A stretch of DNA of 64,000 nucleotides. It comes from Octopus sinensis (taxonomy: Eukaryota). The stretch is taken from NCBI RefSeq assembly GCF_006345805.1, contig NC_042999.1, forward strand, positions 64,108,001 through 64,172,000, written 5' to 3'. Below the pieces are notes generated by a model. That model worked only from the letters and a program-made list of their open reading frames with translations, ran no database searches and was not told where the DNA came from. The position numbers and the translations under genes are program-made. Shown piece after piece: positions 28,345 to 41,278 of this stretch (positions are counted from its first letter, which is position 1; every line of letters starts with the position of its first letter).

Positions 28345-28687
28345 TTAAAGAGATTTTAGGCAAAGAAATCGACCTCAGGACTTATTTTTTTGTAATTCTT
28401 GTACTTATTCTATCGGTCTTTTTCGTCGAACTGCTAAGTTACTGGGACGTAAACACACCAACAACGGTTGTCAAGCGATGGTGGTGGGCAGGCAAACCCA
28501 TACATCATATATATATATATATATATATATAGACGATGGGCTTCTTTCAGTTTCCGTCTACCAAATCCACTCACAAGGCTTTGGTCATTCCGAGGCAATA
28601 GTAAAAGACACCTACCCAAGGTGCCACGTAGTGGGACTGAAACCGGAACCATGTGGTTGGGAAGCAAGCTTCTTATTACACAGCCAT
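28345..28687 (-). mobile_element. SINE-B
   Basis: Near-complete reverse copy. Confidence 0.85.
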
Positions 28688-29253
28688 ATCACGTAACACT
28701 TCATAAAAAATATAGGACCTGTGAGATAAGTCACAAAGCTCCAGTGCTTTTTTAGGGAAACGAAGCACTTATAGAAACTTTAAGGTAGCTTCTGTACACC
28801 ACTACCACCACCGCCATCACTAGTAGTAGTAGTAGTAGTAGTAGTAGTAGGAGGAGGAGGAGGAGGAGGAGGTGGAGTCACGATCTATCTTCAATTACGA
28901 TGTTAATAGCTACTTCATTTATGCATGAAGTAGGTGTACGGCGGGAAAGAGAACTGTTGAGTATTCTAAGTAGTGTCTGTCAGTGTTTCCAAATAAGGAA
29001 GCGATACAACACGTCAGTGTACTTGATATACGTGGCCATGCTGTGCGGTCAAAGAATCACTTAATACAAAGCTAACGAGGGAGTTTGTCTACATAATCGC
29101 TAGACCCGATAGAAAAAGCAGCCAAATCTCCATGTCAAAGTTCATTTTCTTACCTCAAAGGACGATATCGTGACGGTTGAAATGCTATTTATTATTATTA
29201 TTAGACGTCTGCTTAGTCAGAGATGATCTGGGATTAAATTGTAACACAACAAC

Positions 29254-29410
29254 TACTGGTATGGCTGTGTGGTTAAGAACTTCGCTCTGCAACCAAGCGG
29301 TTTCAAGTTTTGATCCACTGCGCGGCGTCTTGGACAAATGTCTTCTAGTATAGCCCAGGGCCAACCATAGCTTTGCGAGAGGATGTGATAGAAAACTGTG
29401 TGAAAGCTCG
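29254..29410 (+). mobile_element. SINE-B head and core, diverged
   Basis: Homology. Confidence 0.65.
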
Positions 29411-29859
29411 GCGCCTTTAATCAAATATATATCGTGTATACTATGATGTACTGTAGAACATGTCTAAAGGGATTTTTGCCAATATTGTTCATTTACGATG
29501 ATTGTAAATAATTCGTTTGATAATATGGGTGCACACAGATAAAGTAGGGCATCTGTCCGTTCGTTTCGTCTCTTTTTCGTGTCTTCATCAGCAACTGTGC
29601 ACTTCCTCGAACTATCCACTAACACATTGCTTACAAACCCACAAGTATTTGAAGTCAAACCGGACAGACCAATTTATGCATTTAACACTTTCTATATTAT
29701 GTATGTATGTATTACGGATATTATATAACATGTTTGTGTGCGTGTATTCATACACATAAACATGTTATATAATCTATTATATATATGGCGCATTTTAGCA
29801 TGTATGCTTGTCATGTATGCGTGTACATATATCATATGTATATCGCTCTTCCTCTTTCT

Positions 29860-29929
<70 letters not shown>

Positions 29930-30584
29930 CACTTGTATTTTTTCACTGTAGATAAAGCATTAAAACATTCTTTTTTATTTCCATTTTCATTTAATTGCAT
30001 CGTTAAGTTTGACAGTTAAAATGTAGAAGTAGTGACCTTTTCATTGGTGACACCCTCCTTCTCTTCCTGCTACTCTATAGGTCAAGCTATTCCGGTATTT
30101 AATATTAAAAAGGTAATATGAAATATATTCAACAAAAACATTTACCCAGGCATGGCTAAAGTAGTAAAGTAGGTTCGTGATGTTAGTGTGTAGTTCCTAC
30201 TTCAAAACTGATTCAGCAGATCTGTTATTAAATCCCATTTTGTCTTTAAGTCATAACGCATCCAGAATACATCATACGACGTCTTGTCTTTCTTGTTTAA
30301 GACTGCAGGGCACTATACGATTTAAATTTCATTGCTATTTCCTGTAGAGCAAGCATGGATAATAACGTTTTTCGAGAAGAAGGCCGCATGAAACGTGGCT
30401 CGTTATTAGGGAGGCCGCACTACAAAAAAGGGAATTTTTTCGTTAGGCGTGCCATTCAAAAAGTCCTGCGGGCCGTAGTTTGCCCTTGATGCTTAGCGAC
30501 TAGTCAGTCACGAAATACATCATGACTGAACGGGAGTTATTTGACTTTTACAATTCTGGTTTAGCCAGAAGGTCAGCCGTTTTG

Positions 30585-31214
30585 AAAGGAGGAATCTAGG
30601 CGATTATATCAAGCCCAGTACCTGGCTAGTATTTTATTTTATCATCCCCGAAAGGGTGAACGGTGAGGTTGACCTGTATTATATATATATGGTGAAATTG
30701 ACCTCGGTGGAATTTTAACTCAGAACATAAAGTGACGGCTAAGCATTTTTTTCAATGCGTTAACGATTCTTATTTCTTTATTGCCCACAAGGGGCTAAAC
30801 ATAGAGGAAACAAACAAGGACAGAAAAAGGGATTAAGCCGATTACATCGACCTCAGTGCGTAACTAGTATTTATGTAATCGACCCCGAAAGGACGAAAGG
30901 CTAAGTCAACCTCGGTGGAATTTGAACTCAGAACGTAGCGGCAGACGAAATACCGCTCAGCATTTCGCCCAGCGTGCTAACGTTGTTGCCAGCTCGTCGC
31001 TTTAATGATTTCAAATTCTGACACTAGGCCAGTAATCCTGAGAGAAGAGTGAAGTCGATTACATTGACCCTGGTATTCAACAGTTACTTTATTTTATCAA
31101 CTCCGAAAGGATGAAAGGCAATGCTGACCTTTGAACTCTGAACGCAAAGAGCCGGAAGAAATATTGCTAAGCATTTTCTCCGGCGTGCTAACAATTCTAC
31201 TCGCTCGTCGCCTT
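30585..31214 (-). mobile_element. SINE-A cluster, three units
   Basis: Repeated central domain and heads. Confidence 0.8.
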
Positions 31215-31357
31215 ATGCATTATAATTAATACGTTAACACTAACGTTAACAACGGATTGGTGCTGTAATGGTTATAATTAGTAGTCACCACTCCTAGATT
31301 AACCCATTGTCGAGTAGAACAGTCTGTTTACAGACAGGCTATATCAAGCTCTACTTA

Positions 31358-31910
31358 AGGCTGCGAGCTGGCAGAAACGTTAGCACGCCGGGCGAAATGC
31401 GTAGCCGTATTTCGTCTGCCGCTACGTTCTGAGTTCAAATTCCGCCGAGGTCGACTTTGCCTTTCATCCTTTCGGGGTCGATTAAATAAGTACAAGTTGC
31501 GCACTGTGGTCGATATAATCGACTTAATCCGCTTGTTTGTCCTTGTTTGTCCGCTCTGTGTTTAGCCCCTTGTGGGTAGTAAAGAAATAGGTATTTAGTC
31601 CGCCGTTAAAGTTCTGAGTTCAAATTCCGCCGAGGTCGATGAAATAAGTACCAGTTACGCACTGGGGTCGATGTGATTGACTTAATTCGTTTGTCTGTCC
31701 TTGTTTGTCCCTTCTATGTTTAGCCCCTTGTGGGCGAAATGCTTAGCGGTATTTCGTCTGTCTTTACGTTCTGAGTTCAAATTCCGCCGAGGTCGATTTG
31801 CCTTTCATCCTTTCGTGGTCGTTAAATTAAGTACCTGTTGCGTACTGGGGTCGATCTAATCGACTGGCCCCCTCCCCCAAAATTTCGGGCTTTATGCCTA
31901 GAGTAGAAAA
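31358..31910 (+). mobile_element. SINE-A multimer (one head, up to three partial tandem units)
   Basis: Junctions at 31589/90 and near 31733. Confidence 0.85.
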
Positions 31911-31937
31911 GCCCTACTTTACTCTATGAGTCAGTCG

Positions 31938-32323
31938 GTTGTTGCTGCTGTTGCTGTTGAGCGAACGGTCTTCGTCCCAGAGCTCGCAGTGGGAGAAGTC
32001 CGAATCGTGGTCCTTTGCTATTCGTAAGACCCGCAGAAGAGAAAGCACGTCAACCCCAGACACCGAGAGCATCGACGGATGGATGAATGCGCATCCAGGC
32101 TCAGTGGTTGCGTAGGAAGTCGGGGACAAGAAACAAGACGAAAGAGTGAGAGAAAGTTGGGGCGAAAGAGTACAACAGGGGTCGCCACCAACCCCTGCCG
32201 GAACCTCGTGGAGCTTTAGGTGTTTTCGCTCAATAAACACACATAACGCCCGGTCTGGGAATCGAAACCGCGATCCTCCGACCGCGAGTCCGCTGCCCTA
32301 ACCACTGGGTCATAGAGCCCCCA
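31938..32323 (-). mobile_element. SINE-C, tail type 3
   Basis: Matches 50692-51055 and 57294-57681; (CAA/CAG)n tail. Confidence 0.9.
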
Positions 32324-32427
32324 CTGCTGCTGTTACTCAACTCCGAGTCAATGTTGACAAATCAGCCGTGATCCTCCCAACTTCCTGTATATCAGGTTCT
32401 GCATTATCCAATGCGTCTATTTGTATA

Positions 32428-32770
32428 TCTTTCATTTGTTGCAGTCATTGGACAGTGACCATGCTGGGGCACCACCTTCGAAGGGTTTAGTGGGAAAATA
32501 ATGGAACTCAGTACTTAACTTTTTAAGTGTGGTACTTATTCTATTTGTTTTGCCGAACCGCTTGATTACAGGCCCCCATTACTGTGGGGAGACATACAAA
32601 CACAAAGGCACACACACGCACACACACACATATACACAAGACAGGCTTCCACACAGTTTCCATCTATCAAATTCATTCACAAGGGATTGGTCCACCAGGG
32701 TTTATACTAGAAGGTACTTGCCCATGGCGCCGTACAGTGGGATTGGAACCGAAACCGTGTGGTTGGAAAG
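32428..32770 (-). mobile_element. SINE-B, diverged
   Basis: Homology. Confidence 0.65.
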
Positions 32771-33578
32771 TGAAGAGAGTAGGGCGAAATTAGAGGGTAA
32801 TTTGGCTATAAGTTTCAGCAAATCAAACGATTATGAAATGACTATATCGTCGGTCGGGACAAAATTTGTTCAGAATAATTTGAAGGCGATTTGGCTGTTA
32901 TTTCTAGCAGGCTAAGCTGCCGTCTGGAGGTACCCTTGTTGGTTCTCTCTCCCTCTTCTTCTGCTGCTGTTGTAAAGGTTGGGTGTGGTGTTCGTCATCT
33001 CTATCTTCGTCGTCGCTGTTTATATTTTTCCCGAGTGTGTTTGGTGAGACTGTACTTCAAACACTTCGTCTACAACTAGGTTCTCACAGTTTCCAATTTC
33101 CACTGCTTATCTTCTTCAACATAAAAGACAAGTGTTCTGTTGTCTTTTGCAAGACAATTCGTCACCGAAAACTACAGCTGTAACAAGAAATCTACGGAAG
33201 CAACGCAACAACGGAATTGCATTACATAACTATTCACGATAATGTATCCCTTGAGAACGAACAAACATCTTTTTTCAGAACGAAAAATGTCACACACTCG
33301 CAGTTTTAGATAATTACATCATGTAACAGTTATGATAGACATTTAGGATATACATATGACAGTTACATACGTTTCTCTTTATTTAGTGATAGCATTGTAA
33401 ATTGTCAAAAGAGCTTTCCCCTATTACATCCGTGACCTGGTCACTGTCACGTTTCCGTACATGTTGATAATGAATAATACATACACGACACACATACATT
33501 AAACGGAAGTATAATACAGACCCAAGTACAAGGATATGACATTCACGAACATGTGTGTATCCGTGTGTGGTGTGTGTG

Positions 33579-33618
<40 letters not shown>

Positions 33619-34251
33619 CACACACATATATGCACACACACATATGCACACACACACACACACACACACATATATGTATATATATATATATATATATGCA
33701 CACACATACACACATATATATATCTTCTCGACTTACGACATATGCGACGGGCATCCGCACTTACGACCACAAATACGGAATAAATAAATAAATCGATTTT
33801 CAGACGTTGGGCAGCTGCGCGAAAGATAACTATGGCAGCATCTGGCAACGCAGGCCATCCTCAGACCCAGACATCTACTGTCTGGCACTGTTTCTTTCAA
33901 GCATCAGTTGCTTTTGAATAAAAATAGTATCGTAAAATATAAGTTTGAAATAGGTAAATACGTGTTCGTTTCTCTTTTTGTCCATCTGTGATTTTATTTT
34001 TGATCTATATAAATGAAGATATTTCTTCCGTCTGGCTGCTTTTCTTTCTGCAATACGAGAAGTTACACTGCAGAACTGTTATTTTAACGAGTTATATTTA
34101 TTTATCACCTGACGAAATACGTCTACACCACCGGATGCTCCTGAACCAGTTGTTGAGTGCCCCGCACATGAGAGATCGATGTTAGATGTATCGAAACAAT
34201 TGTTGTGATTAATAATAAATTCTCGTATATTATCTTCTGTCTCCCATTTGC

Positions 34252-34295
<44 letters not shown>

Positions 34296-34354
34296 GCCTG
34301 GCTCTCCGTCAGTTACAACGACGAGGGTTCTAGTTGATACGCCTTGTGCTATGA

Positions 34355-34586
34355 AAGGCGGCGAGCTGGCAGAAACGTTAGCAGGCCGGGCGAAATGCGT
34401 AGCCGTATTTCGTCTGCCGTTACGTTCTGAGTTCAAATTCCGCCGAGGTCGACTTTGCTTTTCCTCCTTTCGGGGTCGATTAAATAAAGTCCAGTTTCGC
34501 ACTGGGGCCTATGTAATCGACTTAATCCCTTTGTCTGTCCTTGTTTGTCCCCTCTATGTTTATCCCCTTGTGGGCAATAAAGAAAT
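34355..34586 (+). mobile_element. SINE-A
   Basis: Full-length match. Confidence 0.85.
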
Positions 34587-34728
34587 ATATAAAATTTGTG
34601 CCACGTTTGCTGATAAATGAACAAAAGAAAAAAATGAAGACTCGTGACACAATCTGTTAGGATCTGTTCGATGGTTCAAACTCGTTTTCAAGAAAGACAG
34701 TACTCATGCCTTTTGCGAATGTTTCCAG

Positions 34729-34911
34729 ACTCGTGGGACGTGTTCAGTTGGAACATTGTACAGGTGAATCACTGTAGAAAATGCAGAAAGGAGTGGGTAG
34801 GGAACCGAATACTTGCAACGAAAAGACTTATGCTACATACATCCAATGAGCAGGTGGTTGGTGTTGAAACCTGGTGGCGTGTGCAATCTAATACCCAAGA
34901 GAAGGAACCAT
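34729..34911 (+). CDS. Candidate upstream phase 1-1 exon of the CUB gene (60 full codons, Trp/Cys-rich)
   Basis: tttccag acceptor, gtaact donor, open frame; would splice to the CUB exon as ...QEKEP-L-KCGG. No recognisable domain. Confidence 0.25.
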
Positions 34912-35558
34912 GTAACTGGTTCAAAGGATTATAACACTGAGTAAACTTCACTAAAGACATCAGAAGAGCATGTGATATCAAACAGAAGTTCGAAAGACAA
35001 CGTCAACTTAAGTGGAATTAGAACACAAAATGTAAAAGGATACAATAACACACACACAAATGAACTTGCATTAGGTTTCATGCTTTTGATAAAATAAATA
35101 TGGAAAACAAAAATCGATAATAAAAATATAGAAAAGGAGAAGATTTTCTTGAAAACTGAATTTTCATTCTTCGAAATCTTTCGAGTGGAAAATTGTGTAT
35201 TTATCGCCTGAAATGAACTTTATATATCATTGTAAACCAATGACATTTGAGAAATGACTCGTAAATGTTAGGATGTTTCACGAAAATCAAAAGCTTTCCA
35301 TATCTGGTTCGTTCCGGTTGAATTTGACAGAAAAGCTTGCATGCTTCACATACCAAATGCATGAGAAATGCTTTTAACAACATCCAAGTGTGTCAAATCC
35401 TTCTCTTTGTTTGTTTTTATAGGACAGTGACTACATGAATCAGAGTAATTACGATGTCGTCTCTTTCTTATTTCTTTAAAATATAAATAGTCGTAGTGGT
35501 GGAGAGCGTCTTTAGACAAAATCTAATCTTCACATAGAAACAATCACTTCTGAGCAGT

Positions 35559-35803
35559 AGCTGGCAGAAACGTTAGCACGCCGGGCGAAATGCGTAGCCG
35601 TATTTCGTCTGCCGTTACGTTCTGAGTTCAAATTCCTCCGAGGTCGACTTTGCCTTTCATCCTTTCGCGGTCGATCAATTAAGTACCGGTTACGCACTGG
35701 GGTCGATATAATCGACTTAATCCGTCTGTCTGTCCTTGTTTGTCTCCTCTGTGTTTAGCCCGTTGTGGGTAGTTAAGAAATAGGTATTTCGTCTGTCTTT
35801 ACG
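35559..35803 (+). mobile_element. SINE-A with start of a second unit
   Basis: Junction at 35782/83. Confidence 0.85.
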
Positions 35804-35806
35804 TTT

Positions 35807-36168
35807 ATAGGCACAGGAGTGGCTTACCAGCCATATGGTTCCGGGTTCAGTCTCACTGCGTGGCACCTTGGGCAAGTGTCTTCTACTATAGCCTCGGACC
35901 AACCAAAGCCTTGTGAGTGGATTTGGTAGACGGAAACTGAAAGAAGCCCGTCGTATATATGTATGTGTGTGTGTATGTTTGTATGTCTGTGTTCGTCCCC
36001 CCAAAGAACATATATTCGACGGGATTCTTTCAGTATCCACCTACCAAATCCACTCACTTCGGCCCGAAGCTATAGTAGAAGACACTAGCCGAAGGTGCCG
36101 CGCTGTGAAACTGAAATCGGAACGATGTGGTTTGGAAGCAAGCTTCTTACCACACAGCCGCGCCTGTC
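35807..36168. mobile_element. Two partial SINE-B copies in opposite orientation (35807-35990 plus, 36018-36168 minus)
   Basis: Homology. Confidence 0.75.
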
Positions 36169-36664
36169 TATAAATTATTCTTTGTTCTACTCCATACGAC
36201 CCTTGAGGGTTCGTATAAAATTTTGTTATTAAAACTGATGTGCAATAAAATCGGTTATACTTCTACTACACACAAAATATTTTGAACAATTTTTTTGTCT
36301 ACAATTCTTATTACAAAAATGTAAATAGGATTCTATAGACACCAGTTGGCTATGATTATCCACCCGAGCAAAATAGGAATCAAAGACGTCGGTAGGTTAA
36401 AAAGGAAATGGTTTAGACTCATTGTTCTAGTTATTTAATCTCAACTCAGTCTTGAACCAGTAGGCCTATTGGCAAAATCCTTCCAGCTGTGACCATCCAA
36501 TCTTTTATTCGGACGTATCGAATATTACATCATCTAGTGTATCTTTTGTTTTAAAGACGACCGGGTGTGATTTAAGGGAGATTTGGCTGTTATTTCTAAA
36601 AGTCGAATGCTTATTCATAGGTTCTTTTGTGTGAGAGAATGTTTTTCACAGTAAAGAACGTAAT

Positions 36665-36839
36665 CTGTGGCGTAGCTCGAGTGCATACCACCCGAAGTAG
36701 CACTTGAGTTTGCCTCCCTACCCCAGCAAAAAAATACAGCTTATACAGGCTTTTACAGCAGACCCAAAAGTGCCCCCATCACTACCACGACCACAGCGTC
36801 GCCCGAAATTGGCTGCTCTTTTCACCCAACTACGCTACC
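36665..36839. mobile_element. Degenerate second copy of the hAT-like MITE
   Basis: gtggcgtagct end, aactacgctac end, and internal cagcttatacagg...agacccaaaagtg shared with 26409-26580. Confidence 0.45.
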
Positions 36840-36945
36840 AAACATAATCAATTCCCCGTTCTTAAATCTTCGAGTTATTCTTTTGACTTACGAACGTAAT
36901 TCAATTTACCATATCTAATCAATGGCTTCTTTTTTCTTCTTTCAG

Positions 36946-37108
36946 TGAAATGTGGGGGAAGGATCCGAGAGACAGCGGGTTCAATCATAAGTCCAAACTA
37001 TCCTGATGATTACCCACCAAACGCGGACTGCGTTTGGATAATACATGTTCCCAAACCGTTCTTTGTTATTATTCATTCAACGTTTTTTCGCTTGGAAAAC
37101 GACTGCAA
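36946..37108 (+). CDS. Exon encoding N-terminal half of a CUB domain (KCGGRIRETAGSIISPNYPDDYPPNADCVWIIHVPKPFFVIIHSTFFRLENDC)
   Basis: Polypyrimidine acceptor ttcttctttcag ends at 36945; donor gtaagt at 37109; 163 nt = 2+53 codons+2. Classic CUB motif CGG-x9-SPNYP-x2-YP-x-N-x2-C-x-W-x-I. Parent gene not identifiable. Confidence 0.92.
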
Positions 37109-37628
37109 GTAAGTTATGAAATTTGACAGAAGCTTTTTAGTTCGTTTTTCATTTCGATATTTAGTCCTCGACCAGAATTAATTGCGTAGATCTGCGACCT
37201 AAAGCATTTTAACCGTAATAGTCTCGTCATTTTGCATATCTTGGCCCTTCTCATCGTATCTCATCTTCGCCCACTTATTCTTGGGAGGTCGTTGGAGAAG
37301 AATCCACCGGGTCCTATTAGAGCTATGGTCTCCAACTGATACTGGTGGATCCCCAAGCGAGACCAATCGAGCTCATGGATGTTATCCAACTATCTTGCTC
37401 ATAGTCTATCCCGGAGCGTTAGGTGACACTTAACTCCGGAAAACACTCTCATAACCCAGTGATGTAGGTACGACGAGGCGAGTAAAGACTACCTATAAAA
37501 AAATAAAAGCCTAGTCTTCACGAATCTGAGATACTGTTTAAATACATTCCTCCCAAGACTAAGCCATTACATGATACAAATTGTTGATTTTAAAAAATAA
37601 TTCCATTTTATTTATTTTTCAATTACAG

Positions 37629-37822
37629 TTTTGATCAGTTGGTTATAGAAGACTATGGCCACACATACAATTCAAAGAGTGGCCATAAACAAACATTTTG
37701 TGGAAGGATGTTTGTTTATTTTAAATCTGTTACCAATAAAGTGAGGATTACCTTTAAGTCGGACTTTGGTACTAACTACAAAGGATTCAATTTAAAGTTT
37801 TATTCTATGGATAATAGTTTCG
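37629..37822 (+). CDS. Exon encoding C-terminal half of the CUB domain (N-FDQLVIEDYGHTYNSKSGHKQTFCGRMFVYFKSVTNKVRITFKSDFGTNYKGFNLKFYSMDNSF)
   Basis: Acceptor aattacag ends at 37628; donor gtgagt at 37823. Joins the previous exon in frame (AA+T = Asn). Motifs C-x-FD-x-L, FCG, S-x2-N-x-V-x-I-x-F-x-SD and GF are present. 520-nt phase-2 intron. Confidence 0.92.
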
Positions 37823-38580
37823 GTGAGTATTACGCTTGTAAAAATTAAACAATTTCTGTTGTGGGTTTCTGAAAGTACAGTGTAGTAGTTGTTGCTCCAT
37901 CTCTTACTCTAACGTCTTTCATCTCATCGCAATTCATCTCCACCGTATCTGACATGTCCGTCATTACCGACAACTTCTGCTTCTGTCCCTTACAAGTGCA
38001 TTGACTCCAACTACTATCTCCACTCTTCCTACTCTCACCTTTACTTATCAAATCTACTGTCCTAACACTTCGACGGTTATGCAATTCCGGTTTGAAATTC
38101 AACATCAAATCCTGAGAGACGCGGTTCGGTTTCTTTGATCGCGAATGTCCTCAATCGGTTGTGGATAACATACTCCCCGAGTCCACCCAGTCAGCTCGTC
38201 TACTCTTTATATGCAGATGCATGATCAACGTTAACGGACGAAAGCTCTGCAAGTATTTGGCGTCATAAATATGTGTGTGTGCGCATGTAGGTGATCATAC
38301 ACACACACACACACACACACAGTCTATATGTAAGTGTCTCTGCGTGCATGCATGTCTCTGTTTGGGGTGGACCGTGAAATTGTTTACGGACCAAATAATC
38401 TCTATCCTCCTTATTTTCCCCTGATCAACATATTCTCTCCGTCCTTGTTCTTGACACTATCAACATCATTCCCTCTTCATTTCTCTTCTTTCTCCAATTG
38501 TTCTTCAACATATTCGCAGACAAATTCTTCACTATTTTCTTACTTCATTTTTCTTCTTCTGACAAAGTTGTCATCGGAAA

Positions 38581-38988
38581 TTACTCTTTTTTACTTGTCT
38601 CAGTCATGTGACTGTGGCTATGCTGGAGCACCGCCTTTAGTCGAGCAAATCGACCATAGAACTTATTCTTTGTAAGCCTAGTACTTATTTTATCGGTCTC
38701 TTTTTGCCGAACCGCTAAGTTACGGGGACGTAAACACACCAGCATCGGTTGTCAAGCGATGTTGGGGGGACAAACACAGACACACAAACACGCACATACA
38801 CACACACATATATATATATATACATATATACGACGGGCTTCTTTCAGTTTCCGTCTACCAAATCCACTCACAAGGCTTTGGTTCGCCCGAGGCAACAGTA
38901 GAAGACACCTGCCCAAGGTGCCACGCAGTGGGACTGAACCCGGAACCATGTGGCTGGTAAGCAAGCTACTTACCACACAGCCACTCCT
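38581..38988 (-). mobile_element. SINE-B, full length
   Basis: Complete structure. Confidence 0.9.
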
Positions 38989-39364
38989 AACGGCATACCA
39001 ACTTGAACATTTGCCTGTCCAAAGCAAAGCCATAAGTTTGTCCGAAACGTCCAATGCTAACTTTTAGCTAACCTTGGTTTGATACGCTCTGAGTTTTATA
39101 AACCTTCGCTTTCATAAGTTCCATGTACGATGCATGGACACCAAGGAAATATGCCTTGTATATATATTATGTGACACAATGGACAAGAAAAATGTTTAAA
39201 ATAATGCAACTTATGTTGAATTTTATACATATTTTGGGTTACTGGTTCAATCCCATCGAATAAGCTTCCGCGTAGTAACCGTCTATTCTTAAGTTTCTTT
39301 ACCGTTTTTCTCTTTTTTCCTTCTTTTACTAGTTTACCATTCGGAATTCACCCCAGGCATGAAT

Positions 39365-40380
39365 GGTACCATTAAAGAAATGTGGTCCCGGTGCGCGCAC
39401 TCGCGTACTCGCGCATCAGCGCTAGCTAGTCGTGACTAGTCGATCCTACAACAATTACCTAGCGCGAGTGTGCGTATGCAAATAGATAATTTTTTTAAAG
39501 CATAAAGTACATTTTTTTTAGACAAAGTAAATAAAACACAAAATAAATAATTTTTTATACAAAGTAAATATATTTTTTTAAACAAATAAAACACAAAATG
39601 ATTTTTTTACACAGAGTAAATCATTATTTTTTAAACAAACTAAATATTTTTTTTTCTAAACAACGTAAATAATTTTTTTTTTTAAACAAATTAAATAAAA
39701 ATAACACACTCCCTGTTTTTGGTACCTCCATCATGCTCTTAAAACGTCGTTTTACGTTCTTCTAATAACTTTCAACCGAATTTGTATGAACATTTGTTAT
39801 AGGATCGACAAAATTTTCGGAATGGTTCATCTTTGTTTAAAAAAAATAATTACTTACTTTGTGCTTTTGTGTTTTATTTACTTTGTTTTAAAAAATTATT
39901 TATTTTGTTTAAAAAAAAACCTATTTGTTAAAAAAAAAACCTAAGGCGTAGAAGTGGCTGTGTGGTAAGTAGCTTGCTTACCAACCACATGGTCGCGGGT
40001 TCAGTCCCACTGCGTGGCACCTTGGGCAAGTGTCTACTACTATAGCCTCGGGCCGACCAAAGCCTTGTGAGTGGATTTGGTAGACGGAAACTGAAAGAAG
40101 CCCGTCGTATATATGTATATATATATATATATTTGTGTGTGTTTGTGTGTCAGCGTTTGTCCTCCCAACATCGATTGACAACCGATGCTGGTCTGTTTGC
40201 GTCCCCGTAACTTAGCGATTCGGCAAAAGACCGATAGAATAAGTACTACGCTTCCAAAGAATAAGTCGTGGGGTCGATTTGTTCGACTAAAGGTGGCGCT
40301 AGGTAGTCGTTTTAGGATTGATTAGTCACGACTAGCTAGCGCGAGTGCGCGCACCGGGACCACTCTTCTTAAATAGTACT
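39365..40380. mobile_element. Mutator-like (MULE) non-autonomous fold-back element
   Basis: Perfect 9-bp TSD ggcatgaat (39356-64, 40381-89); imperfect TIRs of about 90-110 bp (gtggtcccggtgcgcgcactcgcg...); inverted A/T-rich subterminal repeats; SINE-B inserted at 39943-40298. Confidence 0.8.
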
Positions 40381-41028
40381 GGCATGAATAAGAAAAAGTA
40401 GAGTTGCATATGACAGTTTCTTGCTTAACATTGACAGTCATATATTAATTCAACGTTACCATTCCTTAAGACCTTAAGGTGTATCTAGCAAAGGCAGTGG
40501 GAATAATGAAATGTTTAAAATCTAAAAACAGTTTTTTCCCATAAAGTCACCAAATCTCAAACTAGAATCATGAAATTTCCCCCACCCCCACGGAGAAATT
40601 TCCCGCAGCTCAAGGATTGCTGGTTTACTCAGTTTCGCTCACAAAGCTATAAAACAGTTGCGCTATGTGCCACGCAGTGGGATCGAAACCGATACCTCGT
40701 GATTGCGAAATGAGCTAAACCGTTCAGGCACCAATTAAACGTACAAACACAAGCCCTGAGCATAAACAGAAGACCATATCGACTGACAAAACAGCTTCAT
40801 GACCCATATACACCCAACACAAATAGGGGAGCTCGATCAAATAGTCACTGAATGTTTATACAAACAGTATATAAGCTGAAAGCTGTAAATATTGTATACA
40901 GGGTTCAAATTGCATACGTGTACTTTCCACTACGACTGTATGTGATACAGAAAGTGCAAATTCTGTAGAAAGTCTCTGTGTAACACAGCATGGGGCCTAG
41001 AGCATATGTTTGTTTTCAAAACTCTTAC

Positions 41029-41172
41029 TATCGAGAAAGTTTGCCCCTGTGAAACATCGAGACATTCCTTCTGCATTCTATAACAGTCTTTGAGAATTGA
41101 TACGTCGTATCAAATTCTTTCTCCGCCTTTTCTTGTAATTTACTGTGCAGAAATGGTTTCCTAGCCAAGATA
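41029..41172 (-). CDS. Candidate exon of an unidentified antisense gene (ILARKPFLHSKLQEKAEKEFDTTYQFSKTVIECRRNVSMFHRGKLSR)
   Basis: ctgcag acceptor, gtaaga donor, 144 nt open, complex non-repetitive sequence; phase-compatible with 42050-42178. Confidence 0.35.
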
Positions 41173-41245
41173 CTGCAGTTTAATGTTAATGATACACACA
41201 CACGTACGTTTGATTGTATATATATATATATATATGCAGTAAGCA

Positions 41246-41278
<33 letters not shown>

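Noticed and set aside
26738-31910. CRISPR-like or regularly spaced repeat arrays
   Set aside because: These are SINE tandems with no unique spacers; eukaryotic context and no cas genes.
33804-33910. Exon or mariner WPP-x-SPDL-like remnant
   Set aside because: No donor with an open compatible frame; similarity too weak.
34700-34900. EGF or integrin-type Cys repeat (FCEC...RGTC...CRKCRKEWVG)
   Set aside because: Requires several frameshifts; Cys spacing does not fit in any single frame.
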